Below the pieces are notes generated by a model that saw only the letters and a program-made list of their open reading frames with translations, did no database searches and was not told where the DNA came from. The translations under genes and the position numbers were made by a program. From the NCBI GenBank assembly GCA_002633005.1, contig NMRA01000831.1, forward strand, positions 51,662 through 115,661: a stretch of DNA of 64,000 nt, in the 5' to 3' direction. This DNA is from Phoronis australis. Its lineage: Eukaryota > Animalia > Phoronida. Shown here in pieces: positions 35,486-47,783 of this stretch. The number at the start of each line of letters is the position of its first letter. Position 1 is the stretch's first letter.

Positions 35486-37897
35486 CCGTATTCGTCCATG
35501 CCCCTATAAGCGCCTCCCTCTGCATTTTCAGACTTTGCTAAAATAAGCACCCAGTCCATGCCTTACCTACAGTTCTAAAATTCTACAATAACATCTTCAA
35601 TTTATCAATAAGAGCCAGCAGTCCTGAAAAAATAATTAAGCGCGGAATTTGTAAACCACGACCCTTGCCGCTATGTTGGTATTAAGCCGTGACCATACAC
35701 TTCAAACTTCCGCCATGCTTCAAAAAGAACGCAGAAGTTTTGTTGATCTTGTGAGGAACGTGTCCCGTTATGGTCTGGCCTTTCAGAACAGATACAGCGC
35801 GCATGCCAAAGGAATTGTATAGTATCTTTACCGTACAGATCTGCTTCCTCAACAGAAATAAAATTTCTTTATAAACGTGAAAACCCCGAATCGAAGACTA
35901 ATAAAAACTTTACCAGTGTTAAAAGCACGTGACCAGGAAGCACATGCGACATTCATGCACCTGTCATCGAAGATACTTGAGAACTATCTATTCATGAAAC
36001 GGGTATATGAACAAATATGAAATATTTGTTTCATTTTAATGAACTAAATTTCTCTCAAGCGAACTTCACATAAGATAGGATACAAGAGTTGTTAATTAGA
36101 AACGTCAGAAATAAGTCATTGGACTTCATTAATAATCCATTCGAAAAATTGGGAGAAAATTTAGGAAGGTCGAGTAAAAAAATAAAAACACCATTTCGTA
36201 GTAATGTTGGGCCATTGGAGTAACTGTTTTTTTCAGAGTGGTGCACCATCGGAGTAGTGATCTGTTACACTCCAGTGTAGTCAACAGAAAGGCTAGTACC
36301 AATACTCTGTAGTTATCCGACCTCAATTTCTACTTAAATGAAGCCAAGTCTTATGAAGAGCTGATGGTTTAGCTGGATATGATTAATAACCACTCCTACC
36401 TTTGGATTATTTTTGTAAGTCAACACTGCTGTCTCTCATGTTTCTGTCTGAGCTTCTTCCTTCAACAACCCTGTCTCAAGGAGATGTTGATATATTTCTT
36501 TGTAGCAGGTCACCATAATTGTGTATGGTATCTGCGCTGGTGTAACAGTTTTCAAAGTAAACCGAACAACGCGGAAACTCTTTTCGACTAGAATCCGACA
36601 AAACCTCCATGTACGTTGCCACTATTTCCATAATTTTCACGTAAATCCACTCACAAACAGCTAGGCGCAATAACGTCAACTTAGACTATGACAAAAGTTT
36701 GACAAAGGTACAATACGTGTTCGACTAAGGTGCCAAACATTTCTGGCAAGAAGTTTATCACAAGTTTAGCAGCCTGCCAGATTTCTTTTGAAGTTTATAT
36801 TGAAGTTTTCTGGGTGTGGAGCACCTTTCCAATAATATCAAGAAAGTTCTATTCAAAGCTGCGCACAGCTGTCAACACTGATGACAATACTACAGTACCA
36901 GCTGACCAATGTGAGGTACAGGCATACCATATATCAAACGAGTAAAAGGTTCTGGGATTATTAAGGGCATTTTAATGAGAGCTGAGCAATTGGTCAAGTG
37001 GTTATTAGAGTTTCAGCGGGTGTGCTCCCCTTGATACTGCAATGGAGCCGAGAGCATACAAGGGTCGTTTAATAAGTTCTCAGCCTCACAAAGAAAACAT
37101 GGATTCGGGTTAAATTTTTTCACACCATAGTAAAATTTCATCTTCTATAACAATACTGCGTTCATGCTGAATTAGCACGGTCAACTACCGCTAGGTGGCA
37201 CTGCTTCAAAACAGCATACAACAACACATTTAGCAGCATGGAGATAACCGAGATGAGAGCCATCATAAAGTATTTGGGTAAAAAAGGAACGAAACCAAAA
37301 GATGAACAGATGTGAAAAGCACTCGGAACAGACTCCCCAAGCTACTCCTCAGTAAAAAAATTGTCAGCTTGTTTCAAGATAGGTAGAGAAAGCGTTGAAG
37401 GTGACCCTCACCCAGGATGTCCCATTTATCGACTTCCAGTGAAAATGTGCAGAAAATTCATGCAATAGTTATGAAAGACAGGCCAATGACTGTTCAGCAT
37501 TTGGCAAACACCGTTGGAATCAGCAGTGGGTCTGTCTCTAAGTTTTGAGTGAAGATTTGGACATGAGGAAGCTGAGCGCACGATGGGTGCCAAGAATGTT
37601 AACTCAGGATCAGAAAATGAGCAGAATGCAAATTTCAAAGGATCTTTTAGGAAGATTTCAAGCAGATCCAGACAAATTTTCTAGAAAACTTGTAAGCCAA
37701 GATGAGACATGGAATGCACCACAGTTTTGTAGAAAGTCTGTCATAGGTTACAGATACATCACAGAGTGTAAATTTGATAAATCCTAACTTATGATTAACC
37801 TGTTTCAGAGACCGGATTTCAACCTCCCTGGGCTATAAGCGCACCTCCTGAAAAGAATTTTTCTAAGCGCTCTGGGCGCTTATTAGGGCGAATACGA
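35486..37897 (-). mobile_element. Tc1/mariner-superfamily non-autonomous element related to 13123-14002
   Basis: TA TSD. Termini CCGTATTCG / CGAATACGA. Internal GAACTATCTATTCATGAAACGGGT is the reverse complement of ~13593-13616. Confidence 0.7.
37059..37712 (+). mobile_element. Mariner element 5' half with truncated transposase pseudogene (ATG at 37238)
   Basis: TA + CAAGGGTCGTTTAATAAGT terminus. MRAIIKYL...LANTVGISSGSV..SEDLDMRKLSARWVPRML...LVSQDETW (WVPxxL motif and first catalytic Asp), then truncated. Confidence 0.9.
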
Positions 37898-39599
37898 TAA
37901 CACTAGGGGAGACAGCTACAGTCCGATTGGTTGAAAATTATCGTCATCTACTGTCATGTCTATAGGAGCCCATCAGCCAAATTTCGTACAGATCCTTTAA
38001 AGGGTTAAGAAGAAATAGCAGTAGATGCAAAAAAGCAAAAATTGTCCCTAGCGGAGTACTCGAAAATATCCAAAAATCAACGTCAACTGGAGTCTTTGGA
38101 TCAGGAACACAACCGTGAATTTTCATAAAGGTCCTTTGATTTGGTTTGGCTGATAGAGAGGCAGACGTCAAAAGCATAATTTTTAAATGGCCACCTGGTG
38201 AGGTGGCACAGAAAACATCAAATCTGTCCCAAAATGGTAAGGTGTTGTCATCTCCCTAATTACCTGTTTGTCAACCTCATGAATATACAGTAGTGAACTC
38301 GAAGATACTGAGGCAAACGAAAAAACCATTTTGCCGCTAGGGAGTACAGTAGATTTGGATTAATTTGACACTAGTTATCATTTATTGTAGGCTTCATAGG
38401 AACATATTAATTATCTTTCAAATTTCACAAACCTCCTTAAAAGGGTTAAGGAGATTCAGCTGTAGACGAAAAAAATTGCCACTAAGGTGCGACACAGTAG
38501 TTGGACCCATCTGAAAGTCAACGTCACTAGTTGCCTTCCCATCAGGAATGCATCATACTGATCCTTTAAGAGAAAAACCATTTTGTTATTGTTTCTGGTC
38601 AGTTCAAATAAAATAAACAGGAGCACCCTAGCAGATGATTAAGTGGTGACAGCAGTGTTATGAAATACCAATTAGGCTACAATTCAGGGCAATTAGCTTC
38701 ATTCTAGTCTTCAAATCAAACAATTTCAGGGAGGAACATCTCTATAACCTTTCAAAAGTTACCACAACAACCACTACAAAGTTAACACGCTTCCTGGTTT
38801 TTCCTTGAATTGATAATTTGCTTGTGAAGAAATGGTTCTAAATTCCAGAAATAACAGCCAATAGGCACTAACTTCACAAACAAGAAGTTAACACAGAGTA
38901 TGGTGTCTCAATCCTCATTGGATAGAAAACTGGGAATACCCTAGATATATTTAAACTTAAACCAATAAATTGCTGCCTTCTATCCCTCCTGAAGGCGTGA
39001 TCCGCCTGTGAGATACATTGTTTAGATAACGCCTCCAGACGGCATCAGGCCCTGAGTGAAAATAAACAGTCACGTCATAAGGCGGGATCAGGGAGGAATG
39101 AGTTAAGAGAAAGGGTAGATATGAAAGACCAATTGCGCAAGGCATTCTATAGTTTGAAGTCAGGGAAATACGCCGTTCCCGTCATAGCACAACCAGAGAT
39201 ATGCCCAAGTTTCGAAACCCTGCTTTCCAGCTGGGCCAATGAGCCAGAAAATCTACTCGCCCATCCCGAAGTTCAGTCACCCGGCTGTTTGGGTCTGTCA
39301 TAACAAACTTGCCGCCAGTGTCAATAAAAACCATCATTTCGTGCGTTGATGTCACCATCTATTCAAAGTATTCACCAATTTACTCTCAAGTTACAACATT
39401 GTTAATATTAAACAAAAACGTACTAAGTTAGGATACATCTGAGGCAAATAAATAAGCTGACTTCAAATTAAAGCTAAACTGCCAGAAGAATATCAAGTTG
39501 CAACAAATGAAAGTATAATAGGATTGCAATGCATGACAAAGTCTATTGTTTCATAAGGTAAAACCGAAATCCAAAAGACAACAATTATTCACTCTGCTG

Positions 39600-40440
39600 T
39601 AATTGAACTGCAAACATCTCAGTGGTGATCGTTGTCACTCTCTTCATTCCATTCCTCTTGGTAGAGGATAATAGCCTTCATCTACATCACTGTCCATACC
39701 ATCAAACCTCTCAGCATCGTTACCATTGTCATCTGGCTCTGCATCAACTTGAACCTCAGGAATGAGCGCAGGGGGAATCTGTGCCCACGGTTGCATGAAA
39801 CAGTCCCAAATAGGGACTTGACTAAGTTCCCTAAATCAACTGTGTATTTTTGGGCTTGTGAATTAACATCAACTGCCCTTTCTTGTATTGTTTTAGTTTC
39901 ATTACTAAGTCATTAATCAAAGAGGAGCTCATAATGAAGATAAAATGACAGAAAATTATTGTATCTGTGAGTCCATAAAGACACAAATACACAAGAAGAC
40001 AAAGGGACCTTAGTCGAATCCCTATTTGGAACTGCTTCATGCAACCGGCCACTGTTCTCCACTAAACCAAATGATAGGAAATTTGTTGTCTACATTTTTC
40101 CATCCATTGGTGGGTGTTTGTCCATGATTTGGAGATGAGTCTAGCAACAAATGCACTTCTATCCACGTGAAGTAGTTCAGCTTCACACGGTGGAATACTG
40201 CTCCCCTCGATGCTTTTAAGCTTCTAAAATAGGTGCTTAGCGTTGACTGTTGTTTGTAGGATTTGCCGACCACGTTGAACCGGTCTTGTTGAGCAGTACA
40301 AGTTTCTGTGTTCCGTACAACACACAAAATAAAATCCTGCAAGATTTTGAAGACTTCTTCTATTGTGGCATCGCCGCTCAATGAAGCAAAGGCTCTCTGG
40401 AACTTATCACTTTTTGGCAGGAAAAAAGTTGGGAAAAGTA
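39600..40440 (-). mobile_element. Fragment of an Academ-like (XPG-associated) transposon protein C-terminus
   Basis: FQRAFASLSG..IEEVFKILQDFI...GAVFHRVKLNYFTW...PTNGWKNVDNKFPIIWFSGEQ, continuing past a MITE into an acidic tail. Resembles the H..RANY...W...GW...W..G..P pattern. Family assignment is inference. Confidence 0.45.
39782..40051. mobile_element. PIF/Harbinger MITE (internally deleted copy)
   Basis: CTG TSD. TIR GGTTGCATGAAACAGTCCCAAATAGG / CCTATTTGGAACTGCTTCATGCAACC. Confidence 0.8.
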
Positions 40441-40561
40441 AACAGACCATAAAAGTAGGAAAAAAGCACAGGCGCCCTCAGCTTCTGATCGTACCCATGT
40501 TGTGTATTGGGGATGATCAGAAGCTGAGGACGGCTGCAAGAAAAAGGAAAATTAGGAACTG

Positions 40562-41061
40562 CAGGCCTTTATCCAGGATTTGAAAAAATAGGGTGTCCAA
40601 AATGGGGTTCCCAATATTCCAGGGCGTCCATGATTCCGACGCGTAACCCCCCACCCCCAGCAATACCCCCAAACACACAGATTTTTTACAAAATAATGCA
40701 TAGATCAAGGTTTTTACATCTAAGTTTGTAAAACAGCCTTCAATGGTGAGCATTTTTACTAAAAAAAAAAAACTGTGTAGACCAAGACTTTTACAATGCT
40801 GTCAATCAAGTGTCAAAATAGCAACAATGCATGCCTATACTTTGTATATGCATTGAATATTTCTTCCTGCTTTGAAAAAGAGCCCCCACTGTGAGCCTTC
40901 AGAGGCTTCCTAGTATTCATTACAATGTGCGAGTCCAAACTTGAAAGGTTCCTATTGACAGTGGGCGTCCAAATGATACATTGGGCGTCCTTGCCAGGGC
41001 GTCCAGATTAGCGCTAGGGCGTCCATTTGGACGCCCAGGACGTACCCTGCATAAAGGCCTT
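40562..41061. mobile_element. MITE-like element with GGGCGTCC subterminal repeats
   Basis: Termini CAGGCCTTTATCCAGG / CCTGCATAAAGGCCTTG. TSD not clear. Confidence 0.55.
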
Positions 41062-41238
41062 GAAAGCCTGAATTTCACACTCCATGAATGATTGGGCCGA
41101 GAAGTCATTTCTTATGAGAACGTTTATTTGAGAATATAGTACTTTACTTTTTGTAACTTAAGATTGAATAGTTTAACCTAGGAACCAGTAAGAGACTGGT
41201 TCCTAGGTTTAACTAATAAAATATTAATTTTGAAAATG

Positions 41239-41406
41239 CATGGCTTGGGCAGCGCACCATAGTCCGATAGCCATGAAGGGGCTGGGGGCTAGCCTATAGC
41301 CCCCACTTTTTTCAGCACTACGCTGCACATGGTCTATAGGTTTTGCACCCCAGGGGGACTGAGGGGGCTTTAGCCTCCCACTTTTTTCAGTGGTGTGCCG
41401 CCCATG
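41239..41406. mobile_element. MITE with 5-bp TSD (hAT5-like)
   Basis: AAATG TSD on both sides. Termini CATGG / GCCGCCCATG, with GGGGCT..AGCCCC internal repeats. Confidence 0.65.
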
Positions 41407-41951
41407 AAATGTTACTTAGAACATGAAATTACCGATCCAAAAGCAAAATGGCCGACTTGGACCACCCTACTCAAAATCAGGGACCGCATAAAGTGGACCG
41501 AGTTCGGAACTGCGTAGTTATAGACTAGAGTAATTGAGGGTCGTGAAAAGGATTTGTACGGATAGCCAGATGTCTGAGGAATGCAACGATACCAAAATCA
41601 TTCATTTAGACCTACATTTAGTGGATTTATTTGGAATAAGTTAGGGTCCATTATTTATTATATCCGACTAGTGCCAATCTGTATAGACAAAAACATACCC
41701 CACTTAACACAACCCTGCGCTAGTTGGAAGGACAGTGTAGTCGCTGAAGTTCTATAGAAAGGCAGAATCGACAGGTGTGATACTTATTTATGGATGAGTT
41801 ACGTCAGATACCGTCTTTGGCTACGTAGGCCTATCGAAGCCACCAGCCTCCCCATCAGTCCTCTACACGCGTTGGGTACTAGGTGGCGCTGTTAAACTAT
41901 TTCTTGGAAAATGTTCCTGCTGCTACATTCGAGAATTGTTGACAGCAGACG

Positions 41952-42560
41952 ACTCACGCTCTAACTTTTAAGCTACTCGGTAAGTCTTTGATAGTTGAAA
42001 CTCGGACTTTGAGTACTTTAATGGAGAAATTAAATGCTATCCATGACGTAATTGTAGCCTCGATACCAGTTGCTGAGCTTTTCACAGAAACCAGGAAATT
42101 CCCGTCCCAAATCCAAATCGCACGGGTGACCTTGTGATAATCAGACAATCTTGTTAGCGATAGTGTGTTGCGTTTTGTACAAATTCTAGAATGATTCGAA
42201 ATAGCCACAAATGCTCAGTGATAATGCTGCAATAGTGGAGAAAAAAAAACAACAATACACCACGGTCAGGGTCGGGCGTAATTAACCTCACTACACAATC
42301 AAAAATCAATGCCGTGGCCGTGGGCCGTGGGCGGGTGTGGATGGCGGGTGGAGAAAATCAGAACTCACTTTTTGGCATGGAAGGGAGAATCACTCATCAC
42401 GCGAAAGTTGGCAATATGCAAGACAAAGGATAAAAAGTCGTTCGAAAATCGCTCCGTGCGTTCATGCGTTGTCGCTATTTTAGTGTCAAATTATGACCCA
42501 TTTTTTGTTGGATTTAGGCGGCCATTTTGTTGTTGGACGACAGCGTCGTAAGTTGAGGCA
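41952..42560 (-). promoter_or_regulatory. Candidate promoter and non-coding first exon of the tandem-DED gene, with a consensus NF-kB site
   Basis: GTGAGT donor on the minus strand (41957-41952), GGGAATTTCC on the minus strand (42103-42094), and a GC/CpG-richer unique segment upstream of an acceptor-initiated ATG exon. Confidence 0.35.
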
Positions 42561-42958
42561 TTCGAGTTAAAACTTCATAAATTTTCACCAAAATTCTTGT
42601 GTAAAATTTTTATGAGACATATATTTGCCTATAAGTCACACAGATATTACTAAATGAGTGGTTAAACTGTCAAAGTGCTCGCAATTTGACACCTAATTAA
42701 TTTTCACTGTACATGTTGACATGTTGTGAACACATCCACCACACGAAACGGTAGGAACACTGCATTTATCCACCTTCACTCTTATCAGGCTTCTATTGTG
42801 AGTCAGCATGCGTGAATAATTGGCTGATAAGCCACCTCTGGAACTACTTTTGGCTGAATGGATGACCAGGCCATAAAATGATAATTAGCAAAGACCAGTT
42901 ACTATAATGCATCAAAGAATAATGTCTTGCATCACCTAGCCTTGGTGGAAAGCTGTAT

Positions 42959-45707
42959 ACTGTATTGGCTCAAACAAACGCTTAGAAAAATTCATTTCAC
43001 GGGGAGGAGACGCTTATTGTAGTGAGCCTACGGCAGTTGAAACCCGATTTCCCAAACGGGTAAAATCGGAAGCTAGGATTCATCAAATTTACGCTCTGTG
43101 ACGTATTTGTAGCCTAATGACAGCCTTTCTACAAAATTGTGGTACATTGCTATCAACTTCCGTTGTTAAATTACGATAATTTTTCAAAAAATTGTGCTCA
43201 TCACAGGGCGAAAACTTGCCGACTGATGCGTCGCTGAATCGCGATCGTCAATAGGAAAACTTGTACTCTTGAATAAAAATATAGTTTCGACTCAACAAAT
43301 TACCTGAAATCTTCCTGATGTTTTACAATTTTTAAAGTTCATGTGGAGTCCAGATTAATTGCGATTAAGTCCAAATGTGCGCTACATCGTACTCCACAAC
43401 AAGAGAAAAATCTCTGGATGAACACACATGTTGTTGTCACGTGACGTTTGTTTTGAAGGTCGTCTGTGTATGAGAGTGAGTGAGCGTGCGTGTGCGGGTC
43501 ATCGACGATAGACTTTTTTGTTACAAAAGGCGGAGGATTATGCAAGAAAATGGCGTTTACTAGATTGTTTTTCACTTAAACGGCTGTAACGTGCAAGGTG
43601 AGTGCTGGTTAACTCACAGATTTTGTGTGCACAGGCCGACTGTCGTTAGCTCTGCCGTGGAGTATTAATAGTCCAAGGCTCGATCTACATGTTGGGGACG
43701 AAATGAACTACCCGGGCTGTGTGAAATTTCTGGGTCTAACGGAGACACTGACGCAGTGGTCAGTCAGATCGCTGTATCAAGACTATAGTCAAAATCCAAA
43801 TTCGTTTTATCGTGTCCCTGTCAATAATAACGGCATGTTAAAGCCTTCTTAATTTTCGTACTTCAGGAACATAACAATCACGTGTTTTGTACACATACGC
43901 GCACGCCGCAGATCACATCTCGGAAATTGCCGATTTGACGGATGACAATGAATGAACACAATGAAATTAACAACGTCGTTTTACAGCTTGTAAGATTCAT
44001 AATAAACGTATTTTGAATATTGCAATGCATGTGTTCCAAAATCTAAATAACTTGGGTCCTATATTTTTGTATTAGTGCGCGCCGAATGAAAGTAATCGTG
44101 AGTGTTGCTGTGTTGCAAAATCTCTTATCCTGGGCCGATTTGAAAAATTCAAAGTTGTACTCATATTTGTTTTCGCTCCTCTTTTCAAATATTACAGTAA
44201 AAACTACGTAAAACTCTCTCCATAAAAAGTACAGTCTGCTAGCTAGATTGTAATCAGCTGATCATATCCGCATGAGCGAAGCCAATTATCCTCGCTCGTG
44301 ACTCGATGACTAGAGCAGCTTGGCGGCATCCCTTTGATCGTGAGCCGAGCGCGACTCAGCCAAGGTGGATGAATACGGTCTAGTTCAATTTTCCATACCC
44401 CGCCGTTTACCTTAACCACTGGGGTTAGAACCAATTTTATTTAGTGGGAATGTTCATAGCATGTAGCCCACGACAGTCTTTCTACAAGATTGCCGACTGA
44501 TACGTCACTGAATCGCGATCGTCAATAGGAAAACTTGAATTCTTGAATAAAAATATAGTTTCGACTCAACAAATTACCTGAAATCTTTCTGATGTTTTAC
44601 AATTTTTAAAGTTCATGTAGAGTCTAGACTAATTGCGATTTAAAGTCCAAATCTACGCTACATCGTACCCCACAACACAAGAAAAATCTCTGGATGAACA
44701 CACATGTTGTTGTCACATGAAGAACGGTTTGTTTTGAAGTTCATCTATGAGAGTGAGTGAGCGTGCATGTGCGGGTCATCGACGACAGACTTTTTTGTTA
44801 CAAAAGGTGGAGGATTATACAAGAAAATGGCGTTTACTAGATTGTTTTTCACTTAAACGGCTGCAACGTGCAAGTTGAGTGCCGGTTAACTCACAGATTT
44901 TGTGTGCACAGGCTGACAGTCGTTACCTGTACCGTTGAGTAAAACATTAAAGACGAGGTGACGAGGTGAAATTCCCGGGCAGTGTGAAATTTCTGGGTCT
45001 AACGGAGACACTGATGCAATGGTCAGCCAGCTCGCTGTATCAATTAAGACAATAGTCAAATCCAAATTTGTTGTATCGTGTTCCTGTCAATAATAACGGC
45101 ATGCTAAAGTTTCTTAATGTTCGTACTTCAGGAACATAACAATCACGTGTTTTGTACACATACGCGCACGCCGCAGATCACATTTCGGAAATTTCCTATT
45201 TTACGGATGACAATGAATGAGCACAATGAAATTAAACAACATCGCTTTACAGCTTGTATTTTGAACATTGCAATGCATGTGTTCCAAAATCTAAATAACT
45301 TGGGTCCTATATTTTTGTATTCGTGCGCGCCGAATGAAAGTAATCGCGAGTGTTGCTGTGTTGCAAAATCTCATCCTGGGCCAATTTGAAAAATAAGTTG
45401 TACTCATATTTGTTTCGCTCCTCTTTTCAAATATTACAGTAAAAACTACGTAAAACTCTCTCCATAAGAAGTACAGTCTGCTAGGCTAGATTGTAATCGG
45501 CTGATCATATCAGGCATGAGCGAAGCCAATTATCCTCGCTCGTGACTCGATAAATAGAGCAGCTTGGCGGCATCCCTTTGATCGTCGAGCGAGCGCGACT
45601 CAGCCAAAGTGGATAAATACGGTCTAGTTTAATCGTCCAAACCCCACCATTTACCTTGATAGGTGGGGTTTGGGCCAATCTTATTTAGTGGGAATGTTTA
45701 TAGCATG
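42959..45707 (+). repeat. Tc1/mariner-MITE-related repeat with ~1.25-kb direct tandem duplication (43220-44463 / 44490-45707)
   Basis: 5' part matches 13123-13480. The two units are colinear from GACTGA..GAATCGCGATCGTCAATAGGAAAAC to TTATTTAGTGGGAATGTT.ATAGCATG. Part also matches 12820-13010. Confidence 0.8.
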
Positions 45708-46149
45708 AAAGCCTATCTTCAACTGTAACTCCTGTAAATTTGGTTCCTATAATATGTTAAGAGCATCGCTCCGAGCCCACTAGTGCCATAAAGTGCCAAA
45801 TGTAATGAATTGTTGGGCATATTAGCTTGCTTTTGGGTACTGGTGACAAATACGCCTCCCAAGGTACTTCCTTTTTTCCCACCAATTAACACCTTTTTCG
45901 GTAAATATAGCTAATATCTTGGGTACCAATACTTTCTATGCAAAGCCTATACTCCTCTTGCGATGTTATTTTTGCTTTAAAACAGCCAGTGTAGCTGTAT
46001 TCAATTCTCTCCCGTACCGACAAAGTAAGAGAACGCACGTCATGTAAATAACCAGTGTAGGCTGCAGTATTACTCAATATCCGCTGAATTAAATGATTTA
46101 GTGGTCCCCACCAACCACACGCTATAAAACCTTAATTTAACTCAAATTA

Positions 46150-47130
46150 AAATGTATGGTTGTATGGATAAATTTTATCCGCATGGACCACGAAGTTGAT
46201 CGTGGTCGTCGTGTATTAAATGTGTCTGCCGACCACGCTGCTGACGGAAGGGGTGGTCGTACAAACGAAAATTGTCTCCCGACCACAAGGCAAGCACTGT
46301 CGAAGTCATTTAAAGCGCGTGGTGGTATGGTAAAAAAATAATCCATGCGCCTTCTCTAATATACTTAGATCGTGTCTGGTCGCTACAGACAAAAATTAAC
46401 AACCCTGACCACCCTCTCTCAATCGTTTAAAGTGCGTGGTCGTGTGGTCAAAAATTATCTGTCTGGACCAGGCCTTCTTTAAGCGCGTGGTCGTTTGGAC
46501 GAAAAATGGCCGACCGACCACAACCGATCTGAGATTCGAGCAAAATTGCGTCGGTTCGGCATACGGACGAAAATTCAAAGCCCCAACTACGCTCTCTGAG
46601 TCAATTAAAGTATGTGGTCGTATGGTAAAAAATTATCTGTCGGGACCACAACTTCTCCAAGGCCCTTAAAGCGTGTTGTCGTTTGGAGGAAAAATGTCCG
46701 CCCGACCACAAGCGTTGTGAGACTTGAGTAAAATCGCGTCTGGTCGAAACGGACGAAAATTAAAAGCCCCGAACATGCTCCCTGAGTCGTTTAAAGCGCC
46801 TGGTCGTAGGGCCAAAATTATTCGTCGGGACCATGCCTTTTCTAAGACACTTAAAGTGTGTGGTTGTTTGGACGAAAAATGTCTACCCGACCACAAGCGT
46901 TCTGAGACTTGAGCAGAATCGTGTCTGGTCGAAACGGACGGAAATTATACAGCATCTACCATCCACCCGACCATACGCATTTCTTGACTTAAGCAAAATC
47001 CCATGGTGGTCGTCTAGACAAAAATTAATCACCCCCATCCCGCACTCTCAGAAATAATTCACTGAGGACCTCAAAGTGCATGGTTGGACATATGACAACT
47101 TATTGTATCAGACCATTCGTGTTCTATGAC
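46150..47130 (+). repeat. Left subterminal tandem array (~180-187-bp unit, GTGGTCG/CGACCAC-rich)
   Basis: AAAATTATCTGTC-like motif at ~46451, 46629 and 46814. Confidence 0.8.
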
Positions 47131-47783
47131 TTCTGACAAAAATTAAACTTCCTGAATACGCTTTCTAAGACATTTAAAAGCCATTTTTAAATATTACAAA
47201 AATAGATGGATTTGGTTTGGAAGTAGTTTTCCATGGATGGTAGTTTTAAACTTCTAAACATTATTTTATTTTCTAAATCCATATGATCTAGGACAAAGGT
47301 TTGAGATTTCCTTGCAAGTCACACTCTTATTACATCTTTTGTTGTGGAACACTTACTTGTTAAATTCTATTTTTTAAATAAATGTATAAATCGTGCCAGT
47401 TTGGGTAACTTAACCTAAATGACTTTATCATTTACGATAAATCACAACATATAATTGATGTAGATATGACGCCTTTAGTTCAAATACAAACAAAAAATAA
47501 TTCCGTGAATTCATGTGGTCAAGCTTTAATGCAGATGTATTGTGAATTGGACATGCACCAATTAAACAATGAGGGAACCCTTGGGGTTTTTAAATGGTGA
47601 ATACATAGGCTTTTCAAATGGGGGCGTCTGTGCAGTTGATAGTTTATCCGATTTGAATACTACAACTCGTCACTACTTTCTGTTATCGGTGACATACCAG
47701 TGTTTGAAACATGATGCTGGCCCGGTGGCCCAAGGCCAGACAGTGACATTGCTCCCGGCCCATGTGGATGTGGTCTCATATAC

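Larger units (their letters stand above)
35295..38570 (+). mobile_element. Helitron-like family A, old diverged copy 4 with nested insertions
   Basis: AACAAGAGCAACACAGAGCATTGAAAT start. Diverged monomers (GCCACTAAGGTG, GGCCACCTGGTG) resume after 37899. Confidence 0.55.

Noticed and set aside
38940-39305. Possible solo LTR (TGTTATG start on the minus strand)
   Set aside because: No matching second terminus or TSD could be identified.
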